Positions 31,602 through 40,698 of a stretch of 64,000 bases of DNA are shown piece after piece. The notes below the pieces were generated by a model. The model was not told where the DNA came from and did no database searches. It saw only the letters and a program-made list of their open reading frames with translations. The position numbers and the translations under genes are program-made. The number at the start of each line of letters is the position of its first letter. Position 1 is the stretch's first letter. The stretch spans positions 448,001 through 512,000 of the forward strand of contig OZ250153.1 in NCBI GenBank assembly GCA_965237805.1, read 5' to 3'. This DNA is from Gammaproteobacteria bacterium (GTDB lineage Bacteria; Pseudomonadota; Gammaproteobacteria; JABABF01).

Positions 31602-32462
31602 TCAGGCACTGTCGGGCCGGTTGGCCCAACCCAATTTGTCACGGCAGGCAGCGTAGAAACTGTGGTTGCGCGGGTGGATCAGGCGCAGTGGACGATCTCG
31701 CTTGCGCAGCAACAACTCGTCCCCCGGCAGGCACTCGAGCTCCACATGACCATCGCAGCTGACCAGCGGATGGGCATCCTTGTGCTCATTGACGACGATA
31801 CGCAGCGTGCTGTCGCCGCTGACCACCAGCGGGCGCGTGCTGAGCGTGTGCGGAGCGAGCGGCACCAGCACTATGGCATTGAGCCCCGGGTGCATAATCG
31901 GACCACCAGCCGACAACACATAGGCGGTGGAGCCGGTAGGAGTCGAGATGATCAAGCCATCCGAGCGCTGTGTGTAGACGAAATCCCGATCCACATAGAG
32001 CTCGAATTCGAGCATATTGGCGGCGGCGTTGCGCAGCACCACATCGTTGAGGGCATCGCCGTGGGCGTTGGTCTGGCCATCGCGCAACAGCTCGGCATCG
32101 AGCAGGAAACGCTGCTCCTCCACATAGTCGCCACCCAGAATAGCCCCCAAGCGCAGCTCCAACTGCGCTGGCAGGATATCGGCCAGAAAACCCAAGCGCC
32201 CCAAGTTGATGCCCAGCACTGGCACCTCGGCGGCAGACAGGGCGCGGGCGGCACCGAGCAGGCTGCCATCGCCGCCGACAACCACGGCCAACTCATAGCC
32301 CCCACACTCCAGCAACGCTTCGGCAGAATCAAATTCGCGCGCCTCAATCCCAATGGAATCGAGGAACTCATGGGCGACGCGCAGCGTTTCATCGACCCGC
32401 GGCTCGCGCTCATGGCGACCGATCAAGCCGATTTGCTGAAATTTTTTGGCTACTTTATCCAT
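31602..32462 (-). CDS. nadK: NAD(+) kinase
   Basis: VVGGDGSLL, GINLGRLGFL, ALNDVV, DGLIISTPTGSTAY, KLGW. Confidence 0.96.
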   Translation of the reverse strand: MDKVAKKFQQIGLIGRHEREPRVDETLRVAHEFLDSIGIEAREFDSAEALLECGGYELAVVVGGDGSLLGAARALSAAEVPVLGINLGRLGFLADILPAQLELRLGAILGGDYVEEQRFLLDAELLRDGQTNAHGDALNDVVLRNAAANMLEFELYVDRDFVYTQRSDGLIISTPTGSTAYVLSAGGPIMHPGLNAIVLVPLAPHTLSTRPLVVSGDSTLRIVVNEHKDAHPLVSCDGHVELECLPGDELLLRKRDRPLRLIHPRNHSFYAACRDKLGWANRPDSA

Positions 32463-32507
32463 CGCGGGCAGAACGAGGGCAGATGGGCTACAGGATACAT
32501 AAAGCGA

Positions 32508-32584
32508 TGGCGGACCGGACGGGACTCGAACCCGCGACCTCCGGCTTGACAGGCCGGCATTCTAACCAACTGAACTACCGGTCC
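32508..32584 (-). tRNA. tRNA-Asp(GTC)
   Basis: GGACCGGTAGTTCAGTTGGTTAGAATGCCGGCCTGTCAAGCCGGAGGTCGCGGGTTCGAGTCCCGTCCGGTCCGCCA folds as a cloverleaf; encoded CCA. Confidence 0.96.
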
Positions 32585-32645
32585 GGCTTTCCTACCAACA
32601 AACGAGCAAACTGAATCGTCACACCCCCCACCATCCCGATCGCCG

Positions 32646-32718
32646 TGGGTGGTGACGGGATCGAACCGCCGACCTCCTGCTTGTAAGGCAGACGCTCTCC
32701 CAATTGAGCTAACCACCC
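32646..32718 (-). tRNA. tRNA-Val(TAC), CCA not encoded
   Basis: GGGTGGTTAGCTCAATTGGGAGAGCGTCTGCCTTACAAGCAGGAGGTCGGCGGTTCGATCCCGTCACCACCCA followed by CGG. Confidence 0.95.
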
Positions 32719-32784
32719 TCAGCCCGAGCCCAGCGGCCACTGCGGCGGAGCTCGCCCTTGAGGCGTATGGCGCGCAGACCGCAC

Positions 32785-34428
32785 TCAGCTCTGCTGCTGC
32801 CCCGCAACGCCCTGTTCGCCCCAAGCCGGTTCACGCAAAACCGTGCGCAATACTTTGCCTACAGGCGATTTTGGCAAGGCTTTGCACATCACAATTTCCT
32901 TGGGGATTTTGTAGCTGGCTAATTGTAGCCGACAATGCTGGATCAGGCTCCCCCGCGTGAGCTCAGACTCGGCGGTCACAGCCACTATCAGGCGTATCCG
33001 TTCGCCGGAATGGCTGTCGTTGATGCCGACGGCAGCGCACTCGATCACATCGGGCATAGAGGACACCACTTCCTCTATTTCATGCGGGTAGACATTGAAG
33101 CCAGAGACCAGAATCAAATCCTTGATGCGGTCGACGATGCTGAGATAGCCATCGTCGTCGATACAGCCGATATCGCCAGTGTGCAACCAACCCTCATCGT
33201 CTAGTACCTTGGCCGTCTCCTCTTCCTGCTGCCAGTAGCCATCCATCAGCTGCGGCCCACGCACCGCGATTTCACCGCGCTCGCCGGTCGCCAGCACGCT
33301 GCCATCCTCGGCCAACAGACGCAGCTGGGTGTCGCGGAGCGGCTTGCCAACCGTGCCGGGGCGGTTGTGCTCCAACAGATTGAGCGACACCACCGGCGAG
33401 GCCTCGGTCAAACCGTAGCCCGCATAAATCGTGCTGCCGGTCAGTTCCTGCCAGCGTTTGGCGGTCACCGCCGACAGCGGCATGCCACCGGAAATGGTGT
33501 GACGCCAGCCGCTGAAATCGAGTTGGCGAAAGTCGGGGTCATTGCACAGAGCATTGAACAAGGTGTTGAGTCCGTAGAGCAGTTGCGGTGGATGCCGCCG
33601 CAAGGTGCGCGATACGCTGGCCAAATCACGCGGGTCTGGGATCAGCACCAGATGCAGACCAGCACACAGCGAGGCCAAGGCAACCGTGAAGGCATAGATG
33701 TGGTACAGCGGCAACGGCAGCACGGCGACAGCGCCCTCATCCATCCCGAAATGCTCCAGCGCTGCGAGCACCTGCTGAATATTGGCACCGACAGCACTGC
33801 GGCTCAGCATCGCCGCCTTCGGCGTGCCAGTCGTGCCGCCGGTGTACTGCAGGACCATTAACTCCGAGCGCTCCAACTCTGTCAACGGCGGCGAGGACGC
33901 CTTGCGGCCAGTGAGTATGGCCCGCAACGAGGCCACATCAGAGGGGCGGCGCGCCGCTGCCGAGCGACGCCGCCAGCGCCAATTGCCAGCCACGCGAATC
34001 GGCCACGGGCACAGGTCAGCCGGGGCGGTCTGCACGATATTGGCACGTGGTATCCCACACTCGGCGGCCACGCTAGCCACGGCACCGCTGCCCTCCAGCG
34101 AAATCAGACCACGGGCACCGGAATCGCGCAATTGAACAGACAACTCGCGCGCTGTGTAGAGCGGATTGACATTGACCACCACCAAGCCAGCACGCCGCAC
34201 ACCGAACAGCACGACCAGGTACTGTGCCAGCGTCGGTAGCTGGATCGCCACCCGATCACCGGGTGCCAAGTCCGTTTTCTCGCGCAGCCAGCAACCGAAG
34301 CTCTCCGACCACGCCTGCAACTGGCGGTAGGAATAGCTGCCACCGGGCTGTGTCACGGCGATGGCATCGCCGCGCTGACTCGCCTCACGATCAAATAATG
34401 CGACCGGATCCAACTCGCCTATCTGCAT
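32785..34428 (-). CDS. fadD: Long-chain fatty acid--CoA ligase (FadD-like)
   Basis: VNVNPLYTAREL, LQYTGGTTGTPKAAML, PLPLYHIYAFT, GYGLTEASPV, WLHTGDIG, DRIKDLILVSGFNVYP, LPKSPVGK. Confidence 0.9.
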   Translation of the reverse strand: MQIGELDPVALFDREASQRGDAIAVTQPGGSYSYRQLQAWSESFGCWLREKTDLAPGDRVAIQLPTLAQYLVVLFGVRRAGLVVVNVNPLYTARELSVQLRDSGARGLISLEGSGAVASVAAECGIPRANIVQTAPADLCPWPIRVAGNWRWRRRSAAARRPSDVASLRAILTGRKASSPPLTELERSELMVLQYTGGTTGTPKAAMLSRSAVGANIQQVLAALEHFGMDEGAVAVLPLPLYHIYAFTVALASLCAGLHLVLIPDPRDLASVSRTLRRHPPQLLYGLNTLFNALCNDPDFRQLDFSGWRHTISGGMPLSAVTAKRWQELTGSTIYAGYGLTEASPVVSLNLLEHNRPGTVGKPLRDTQLRLLAEDGSVLATGERGEIAVRGPQLMDGYWQQEEETAKVLDDEGWLHTGDIGCIDDDGYLSIVDRIKDLILVSGFNVYPHEIEEVVSSMPDVIECAAVGINDSHSGERIRLIVAVTAESELTRGSLIQHCRLQLASYKIPKEIVMCKALPKSPVGKVLRTVLREPAWGEQGVAGQQQS

Positions 34429-34469
34429 AGCATGATGCCTTCATATTCCAACGGTCTGATAACCGTATT

Positions 34470-34991
34470 ATGATGGAGGCAGTCGACTTGGCAAGTGCGG
34501 AGGAGCTGGCTGTGGGCAACAAGATGGTGCGCCATTGGGGCTACGACGAGATTGAGATCGGACAAAAGGCCAGCTATGTGCGCCGCCTAGAGGAGCGCGA
34601 CCTCGTGCTGTTTGCCGCCGTCTCTGGCGACCGTAATCCCTTGCATCTCGACGCCAACTATGCCGCCACCACCCCTTTCAACCAACGTATCGCGCACGGC
34701 ATGTGGACAGCGGGATTGATCTCGGCAGCACTGGCCATGGAACTGCCGGGGCCGGGGGGCATCTATTTGGGGCAGACGCTGGAATTCCGAGCACCTGTCT
34801 TCGTCGGCGACACCATCACCGTGCGGCTGGAGGTGCTGTCAAAGCGTGACAAAAACCGTATCCTCAGCCTGTCCTGCGATGCCAGCAACCAAGACGACCG
34901 CACCGTGGTGCGGGGCGAGGCGCGCGTCATCGCGCCGGAGCATGGCGGCGAGCTGCCCTGCCCGCAGCTGCCCGACATCAGCACTGGATGA
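34470..34991 (+). CDS. MaoC-family (R)-specific enoyl-CoA hydratase, PhaJ-like
   Basis: FAAVSGDRNPLHLD, RIAHGM, LPGPGGIYLGQ, FRAPV; divergent from fadD. Confidence 0.88.
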   Translation: MMEAVDLASAEELAVGNKMVRHWGYDEIEIGQKASYVRRLEERDLVLFAAVSGDRNPLHLDANYAATTPFNQRIAHGMWTAGLISAALAMELPGPGGIYLGQTLEFRAPVFVGDTITVRLEVLSKRDKNRILSLSCDASNQDDRTVVRGEARVIAPEHGGELPCPQLPDISTG

Positions 34992-36895
34992 ATCGCTCCG
35001 CAGAGCGACCACAATTCGCCGACATTGATTGGCTGCCAGACGGCACCGCGTATTGCAGACGGCACCGAGACCGCTATGGCTCTGCCGCCGGGGCGATAGG
35101 CGAGAGCGAGCATGTCTTCCTGCGGGGCAATGAGCTGGCTCGGCGTTGGCGGCGGCTAGACCGCGATGCGCTGTTCATTGTCGGCGAGATCGGTTTCGGT
35201 GCCGGGCGCAATTTCCTGTGCGCTTGGTCGCTGTGGCGGCGCTCTGCACCGCCGAGCGCCCGCCTGCATTATCTCGCCACCGAACGCTATCCGATGCGCG
35301 AGGGACAACTGAGGCGGGCGCTGGCCATTTGGCCTCAGCCCGCGACGCTAGCCAAAACACTGCTCGCGGCTTGGCCGCCACCACTACCCGGCACCCATCG
35401 CTTGTCTATGGACGGCGGGCGCGTCCAGCTGAGCTTGTTGATCGGCGACGCCACCGAGACCCTCGCCGAGTTCCCTGTCAGCCGCGGTGTCGACGCTTGG
35501 TTCTTGGATGGCTTCGCCCCGGCGCGCAATGCCGACGCCTGGTCGCCAGCGCTGTGCCGGCAACTGCGCCGCCATAGCAGTCGCCACGCCAGCTGCGCCA
35601 CCTACAGCGCTGCGGGTTTGGTGCGCCGCCAGCTGAGAGACAGCGGTTTTGCCCTGCGCCGCATCCCAGGCTACGGCGACAAAGCCGAGTCCTTGCGCGG
35701 ACGCTTGCTCAGCGGTGGGCGACGGCACCGGCACCGACACAGGCCGGGCTCGGCGCTGGTGGTCGGTGCCGGCATCGCCGGAGCCACCACCGCCCGCCAG
35801 CTGGCCGAGCGCGGCCTCGCCGTCACCGTGCTGGAGCGGTCCGATGGGCCAGCGCAGGGAGCCTCTGGGCAGCCGGCCGTCGTCCTCTATCCACGTTTTT
35901 CCGCCAGTTGGACGCCACAGGCTCGCTTCGCCTTGGCCGCCTACCTACACGCACTGCGCCACTACCGACAGCTGCTAGAGCCAGCAGTCACAAGCACTGG
36001 CGCGGGCGGATTTCCCGGCCTGATACAACTGGCCTGTGATGCCGGCTTGGCACGGCGTTGCCGCGAGCTGGCCACACGCTACGGCGAGTGTTCGGAACTG
36101 CTGGGCGCAGTGGATGCAGCACAGGCCTCGCAGCTTGCAGGCGTGGCGCTGAACAATGGCGGGCTGTTCTATCCTGGCGGCGGCTGGCTGGTGCCAGCAG
36201 CGGTCTGCGAGGCGCTGCTCGGGCACCCGTCGATACACTGCCTGTTCGGACAGGCAGTGCAGCTGCGCCGCGTCGGGCAGCAATGGCGGGCGCAGACCAA
36301 ACACGGCACGCCGCTGGCCGAGGCGCCATGCGCTGTGCTGGCCACTGGCACCACACAGCCGCCTGCACCACCACTGCCGCTACGGGCGCTACGCGGGCAG
36401 AGCAGCGACATCGCCGCCACCCCGGCGAGCAGCGCGTTGCGCAAGGTGCTATGCCATCGTGGCTACCTGTTACCGGCGCGCACTGGGCGACAACAGCTAG
36501 GTTCTACCTATAGCCACGACGACCACAGCATCGCCCCGCATACTGCCGACCACCAACGCAACCTGGAACAGCTCACCGCAACTGTGCCCGCGCTGGCGGC
36601 AGGACTGCCGCCAGCAGCGGACTGCGCCGGTAGCGTCGGCTTCCGCCACAGCAGCCCGGATCATCTGCCGCTGGTCGGCGGGATGCGCGGCCAAGCGAGC
36701 CTGTACCTGAACTTGGGACACGGTAGCGCTGGCGTAGCGCAGGCACCGCTGTGCGCCGAGCTGCTGGCCTGCCGCATCCTCGGTGAACCGCCGCCGCTGG
36801 CCGCCGATCTATTGCGTGCTCTGGCACCAGAACGCTTTGGCGCGGCGGTGAATACTTCTACAATAGGCGCAGCGAAAAATGCCCCAGCAGGCTGA
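34988..36895 (+). CDS. mnmC: Bifunctional tRNA mnm5s2U34 synthesis protein MnmC
   Basis: ESEHVFLRGNEL, EIGFGAGRNF, DAWFLDGFAP, ATYSAAGLVRR, FAD motif VVGAGIAG, DHLPLVG. Confidence 0.92.
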   Translation: MNRSAERPQFADIDWLPDGTAYCRRHRDRYGSAAGAIGESEHVFLRGNELARRWRRLDRDALFIVGEIGFGAGRNFLCAWSLWRRSAPPSARLHYLATERYPMREGQLRRALAIWPQPATLAKTLLAAWPPPLPGTHRLSMDGGRVQLSLLIGDATETLAEFPVSRGVDAWFLDGFAPARNADAWSPALCRQLRRHSSRHASCATYSAAGLVRRQLRDSGFALRRIPGYGDKAESLRGRLLSGGRRHRHRHRPGSALVVGAGIAGATTARQLAERGLAVTVLERSDGPAQGASGQPAVVLYPRFSASWTPQARFALAAYLHALRHYRQLLEPAVTSTGAGGFPGLIQLACDAGLARRCRELATRYGECSELLGAVDAAQASQLAGVALNNGGLFYPGGGWLVPAAVCEALLGHPSIHCLFGQAVQLRRVGQQWRAQTKHGTPLAEAPCAVLATGTTQPPAPPLPLRALRGQSSDIAATPASSALRKVLCHRGYLLPARTGRQQLGSTYSHDDHSIAPHTADHQRNLEQLTATVPALAAGLPPAADCAGSVGFRHSSPDHLPLVGGMRGQASLYLNLGHGSAGVAQAPLCAELLACRILGEPPPLAADLLRALAPERFGAAVNTSTIGAAKNAPAG

Positions 36896-36897
36896 CC

Positions 36898-39855
36898 ATG
36901 CCACGACAAGCCCCCCGATCCCCGGTCCCCGCCTTTGAGCTGCTGGAAAGCCAAACCATCGGCAGTCTCAATCTCGAACTATCGCTCTATAGCCACCCGG
37001 TCATCGGCGCTCGCCACCTGCATCTGGCCAGCGCCAGCAGCGAGAATGTCTTCATGGTCGCACTGCCGACCGTGCCCACAGACTCTACCGGTGTCGCCCA
37101 TGTGCTGGAACACACCTCGCTCTGCGGCAGTCGACGCTACCCGGTGCGCGACCCCTTCTTCATGATGCTGCGGCGCTCGCTCAGCACTTTCATGAACGCA
37201 CTGACCAGCAGCGACTGGACTGCCTATCCCTTCGCCAGCCAGAACCAAAAAGACTTCTACAACTTGCTCGATGTCTATCTTGATGCCGTCTTCTTTCCCC
37301 GCCTCGATCCATTGGACTTTGCTCAAGAAGGGCACCGTTTGGAGTTCGAGACCACGGACGACCCACAGACGCCATTGGTGCGCCGCGGCGTGGTCTACAA
37401 CGAGATGAAAGGAGCCATGAGCCCAGTGACGGCACAGCTGTGGCAGGCACTGTGTCGCCAGCTGTACCCGACCACCACCTACCACCACAACAGCGGCGGC
37501 GATCCGTCGGAAATACCCCGGCTGAGCCATGCGGCGTTGGTGGATTTTCACCGCAGCCACTACCATCCGGGACATGCCATCTTCATGAGCTTCGGCTCAC
37601 TGTTGGCCACCGATGTGCAACAACGCATCGCCGAGCACGTGCTGGCCGAGTTTCCCAATCCTCCGGAGCAGTCGATCTCAGTCCCCGCCGAACGCCGCTA
37701 CCGCAAGCCAGTGCAAAGCGCAGAGCCATACGCTCTGCGGGCAGCGGAGCGAGACGGTGACGAACAGCGCAGCCACATCGTCATCGCTTGGCTACTCGGC
37801 ACCAGCAGCGACCCCAGACAGCGCCTGCGCGCACAGCTGCTGAGCGGGGTGCTGTTGGGGGACAGCGCCGCGCCGTTGCAGCGCACACTGGAGCACAGTC
37901 TATTGGGGCGCGCTCCCTCCGCGCTCTGTGGCCTCGATGAACACCCCCGCGAGATGAGCTTTGCCTGCGGCCTTGAGGGCTGTGCCAGCGACCGCGCCGA
38001 GGCAGTGGAGATGCTGGTGCTGGACAGCTTGCGCCACATCACCGCGGCGGGTGTGTCCGCAGAGCGAGTGGAGGCCGTGCTACATCAGCTGGAGTTAGGG
38101 CAGCGTGAAGTCACCGGCGACAGCTATCCCTACGGTCTGCAACTGTTGCTGAGCTGCCTGTCGCCGATGTTGCACGGCGGTAGCGCCCCTGCCGTCTTAG
38201 ATCCAGAACCAGTGCTGAGCGAGCTGCGCGATGAGATCCGCTCGCCGGATTTCATCGCGCGCTTGGTGCGCGAGCTATTGCTGGACAACCCGCACCGGGT
38301 GCGCCTCACACTGTATCCGGATGGCGACTTGGCCGAGCGGCGCGAGGCGAGTGAGCGCGAGGAGCTCGACCGCATTCACTCGGCGCTGAGCGAAGAGGCG
38401 TGCGCCGAGCTGCTGTGCAACGCCGCCGCCCTTGCCGAACGCCAGCAGCAACCAGACGATCCCGATCTATTGCCACGCATACGCCTGAGCGATGTGCCGA
38501 CAGCAGTACAACACCCCACACCGATCCCCGGTTCGATCAGTACCCTGCCCCTGTGCCGATACGTTGCGGCGACCAACGGCTTGGTCTACCAAAAACTACT
38601 CGCGCCACTGCCAGCACTGGATCAGGACGAGCGCCAGCTGTTGCGGCTCTACAGTGCCTGCCTGCCGGAGCTCGGTGCTGGAGACGAGGACTACCTCAGC
38701 CTGCAACAGCGCCAGAGTGCGGTCAGCGGCGGCGTCGGCGCGGCCACTCCATTGGCTGCGGCGATCGACGACGAGCAACGCATCAGCGGCCAGCTGGAGT
38801 TGGGCACCAAGGCCTTGTTGCGCAATGGTGCAGAGGCCGCCGAATTGCTGTGGCGCTACTACGAGGGCGCACGCTTCGACGAAAGCGAACACTTGATCGA
38901 GTTGATCGCACGCCTGTGTGCCAGCGCCGAGGAGGGAGCCATCAGCAGTGGCCACCGCCTCGCCATCGCCGCCGCCTGTAGCGGCCTGAGCCCACTGGCC
39001 GCGCACGGACACCAAAACGGCGGCTTGGCTGGACTGACAAGCCTGCGGCAGCTGTCTGCCGAGCTGCGCGAGGACAGCGGGCGGGCAGCAGTGCTGGGCG
39101 CGCAATTAGCAGCCTTGCACAGCCACCTCAGCGCGGCGCGCCCTGAGTGGCTGCTCGTGGCAGAGGAAGCAGCGCTACCGCGCTCGTGCGAGCGGCTGGC
39201 GGCATTGGCTAAGCGCTGGGGCGGCAAGTGGCAAGGGGATGATGCGACACCGGAACCGCTGGCCATGCCGCCGTCGCGGCAAGTGGTTCGCCAACAGTGG
39301 CGCATGCGATCAGAAGTGCATTTCTGCGCCCGCGCTTGGGGCACCGTGCCCTACGACCACCCCGACAGCAGCACACTCAGCGTGCTCGGAGAATTTCTGC
39401 GTAGCCACTACCTGCACACGGCGGTGCGCGAGCGCGGCGGAGCCTATGGTGCTGGTGCCGCGCAAAACAGTGCCATCGCCGCCTTCCACTGCTTCACTTA
39501 CCGCGACCCACGGCTACAGCAAAGCTTGGACGACTTCGATGCCGCCGTGGCTTGGTTGGTCAGCGAAGCGCACGAGCCGTATCTGCTGGAAGAGGCCATC
39601 CTCTGCGTGGTATCGACGCTGGACAAACCCGGCTCGCCAGCTGGCGAAGCCATGGGACACCACCAGCGCACCCTACACGGCATTGACGACGAGCGCTGGA
39701 ACCGCCATCGCCAGCGGGTGCTGGACACCGGATTGGATGATTTGCGGCGAGTGGCCGAACGCTACCTGCGCCCGGAGTTGGCCAGCACAGCAGTGATCAC
39801 CCCGGCGGGGACACCAACGCTGGATGGTTTTGAGCCGCACGAGTTGGTGTTTTGA
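36898..39855 (+). CDS. Insulinase family (M16C, PreP/Cym1-like) metallopeptidase
   Basis: STGVAHVLEHTSLCGS (HxxEH), YPVRDPFF, FMNA, GVVYNEMKG, VRERGGAYG, YRDP. Confidence 0.93.
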   Translation: MPRQAPRSPVPAFELLESQTIGSLNLELSLYSHPVIGARHLHLASASSENVFMVALPTVPTDSTGVAHVLEHTSLCGSRRYPVRDPFFMMLRRSLSTFMNALTSSDWTAYPFASQNQKDFYNLLDVYLDAVFFPRLDPLDFAQEGHRLEFETTDDPQTPLVRRGVVYNEMKGAMSPVTAQLWQALCRQLYPTTTYHHNSGGDPSEIPRLSHAALVDFHRSHYHPGHAIFMSFGSLLATDVQQRIAEHVLAEFPNPPEQSISVPAERRYRKPVQSAEPYALRAAERDGDEQRSHIVIAWLLGTSSDPRQRLRAQLLSGVLLGDSAAPLQRTLEHSLLGRAPSALCGLDEHPREMSFACGLEGCASDRAEAVEMLVLDSLRHITAAGVSAERVEAVLHQLELGQREVTGDSYPYGLQLLLSCLSPMLHGGSAPAVLDPEPVLSELRDEIRSPDFIARLVRELLLDNPHRVRLTLYPDGDLAERREASEREELDRIHSALSEEACAELLCNAAALAERQQQPDDPDLLPRIRLSDVPTAVQHPTPIPGSISTLPLCRYVAATNGLVYQKLLAPLPALDQDERQLLRLYSACLPELGAGDEDYLSLQQRQSAVSGGVGAATPLAAAIDDEQRISGQLELGTKALLRNGAEAAELLWRYYEGARFDESEHLIELIARLCASAEEGAISSGHRLAIAAACSGLSPLAAHGHQNGGLAGLTSLRQLSAELREDSGRAAVLGAQLAALHSHLSAARPEWLLVAEEAALPRSCERLAALAKRWGGKWQGDDATPEPLAMPPSRQVVRQQWRMRSEVHFCARAWGTVPYDHPDSSTLSVLGEFLRSHYLHTAVRERGGAYGAGAAQNSAIAAFHCFTYRDPRLQQSLDDFDAAVAWLVSEAHEPYLLEEAILCVVSTLDKPGSPAGEAMGHHQRTLHGIDDERWNRHRQRVLDTGLDDLRRVAERYLRPELASTAVITPAGTPTLDGFEPHELVF

Positions 39856-40075
39856 GAAGGCGGTCGGAACACCGTATCGAATCGCCATAAGCGGACTCGG
39901 GCTCTAGTCAAATCCTAGTGACGAAGCCGACGATGGCCGCCCTAGAGGGATCAGCCACCCCAACTGAACTGGTCAACCCACAGCCCCAAAACCGGGGGGA
40001 TTTAAAATGTGGGAACTGGCGTTTTAAGACGGGGACTGCGCCCGCGATCTTGGGGCTCGACCAAACCGCTGTGGC

Positions 40076-40669
40076 TCAATAGCCAGCATCGTCGTTGTCA
40101 TCATTCTCGCTATCATCCTCGGCCATCTCTCCCTCTCCAGAGGAAGCAGAGGAGGAGGAAGAGCCGCTGCCGACCGAGCTGCCCAGACCGACTTGGGTGG
40201 CTGCAATCGTGTCGGCGTGTTCCAAGAAATTACGGTACACCGCTATGGTTTGCTCTGCCGTAGCATTGATGTTGGTAGTCATCTCGCACGCACGGTACAT
40301 CAGCTCACGCACGATCAACACAGCGGGATTGCGCCCGCCTAAGGCCAATTCGTTGACCGAACTCGACACGGAGGTCTCCTCCTTGGCACCACCGTAACCC
40401 AAGCCAAGACCCACACCGACAGACCCCCCCTCGGCAAAATCCGTGGAACGGGATGCGCAAAAACGATCCATGTGGCCGTGGGTCTTGATCATGGCCGTCT
40501 TGTCCGACGGCACCTCGACGATGACGCTCACGCCATCGCGCTCAATCAGGCTGGTCTCTGGAGCTGGGGTCAGCAGAGGGGAGCAGCCGCCGTGGAGGAG
40601 CGACGATGCCGACACCAGCACCGCCGCCCACCACTGCCGATGCGCTGTACGACAGCCACACGCCACCAA
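40076..40669 (-). CDS. Hypothetical lipoprotein with Gly/Ser beta-hairpin and Ser/acidic tail
   Basis: Hydrophobic stretch ending in LHGGC (possible lipobox); FCAS...GGSVGVGLGLGYGGAKEETSVSSSV...RELMYRACE; co-oriented 30 bp after the toxin-like gene. Confidence 0.7.
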   Translation of the reverse strand: MVACGCRTAHRQWWAAVLVSASSLLHGGCSPLLTPAPETSLIERDGVSVIVEVPSDKTAMIKTHGHMDRFCASRSTDFAEGGSVGVGLGLGYGGAKEETSVSSSVNELALGGRNPAVLIVRELMYRACEMTTNINATAEQTIAVYRNFLEHADTIAATQVGLGSSVGSGSSSSSASSGEGEMAEDDSENDDNDDAGY

Positions 40670-40698
40670 GCAATCTCAGCCCGAGGTGGGCAGCTCCA

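Noticed and set aside
32508-32785. tRNA pair as an island integration site
   Set aside because: No integrase or duplicated tRNA 3' end; flanks are housekeeping genes
39991-40035. GGGG...TTAAG tract resembling a Tn3-type inverted repeat
   Set aside because: Wrong length, no partner repeat or transposase found
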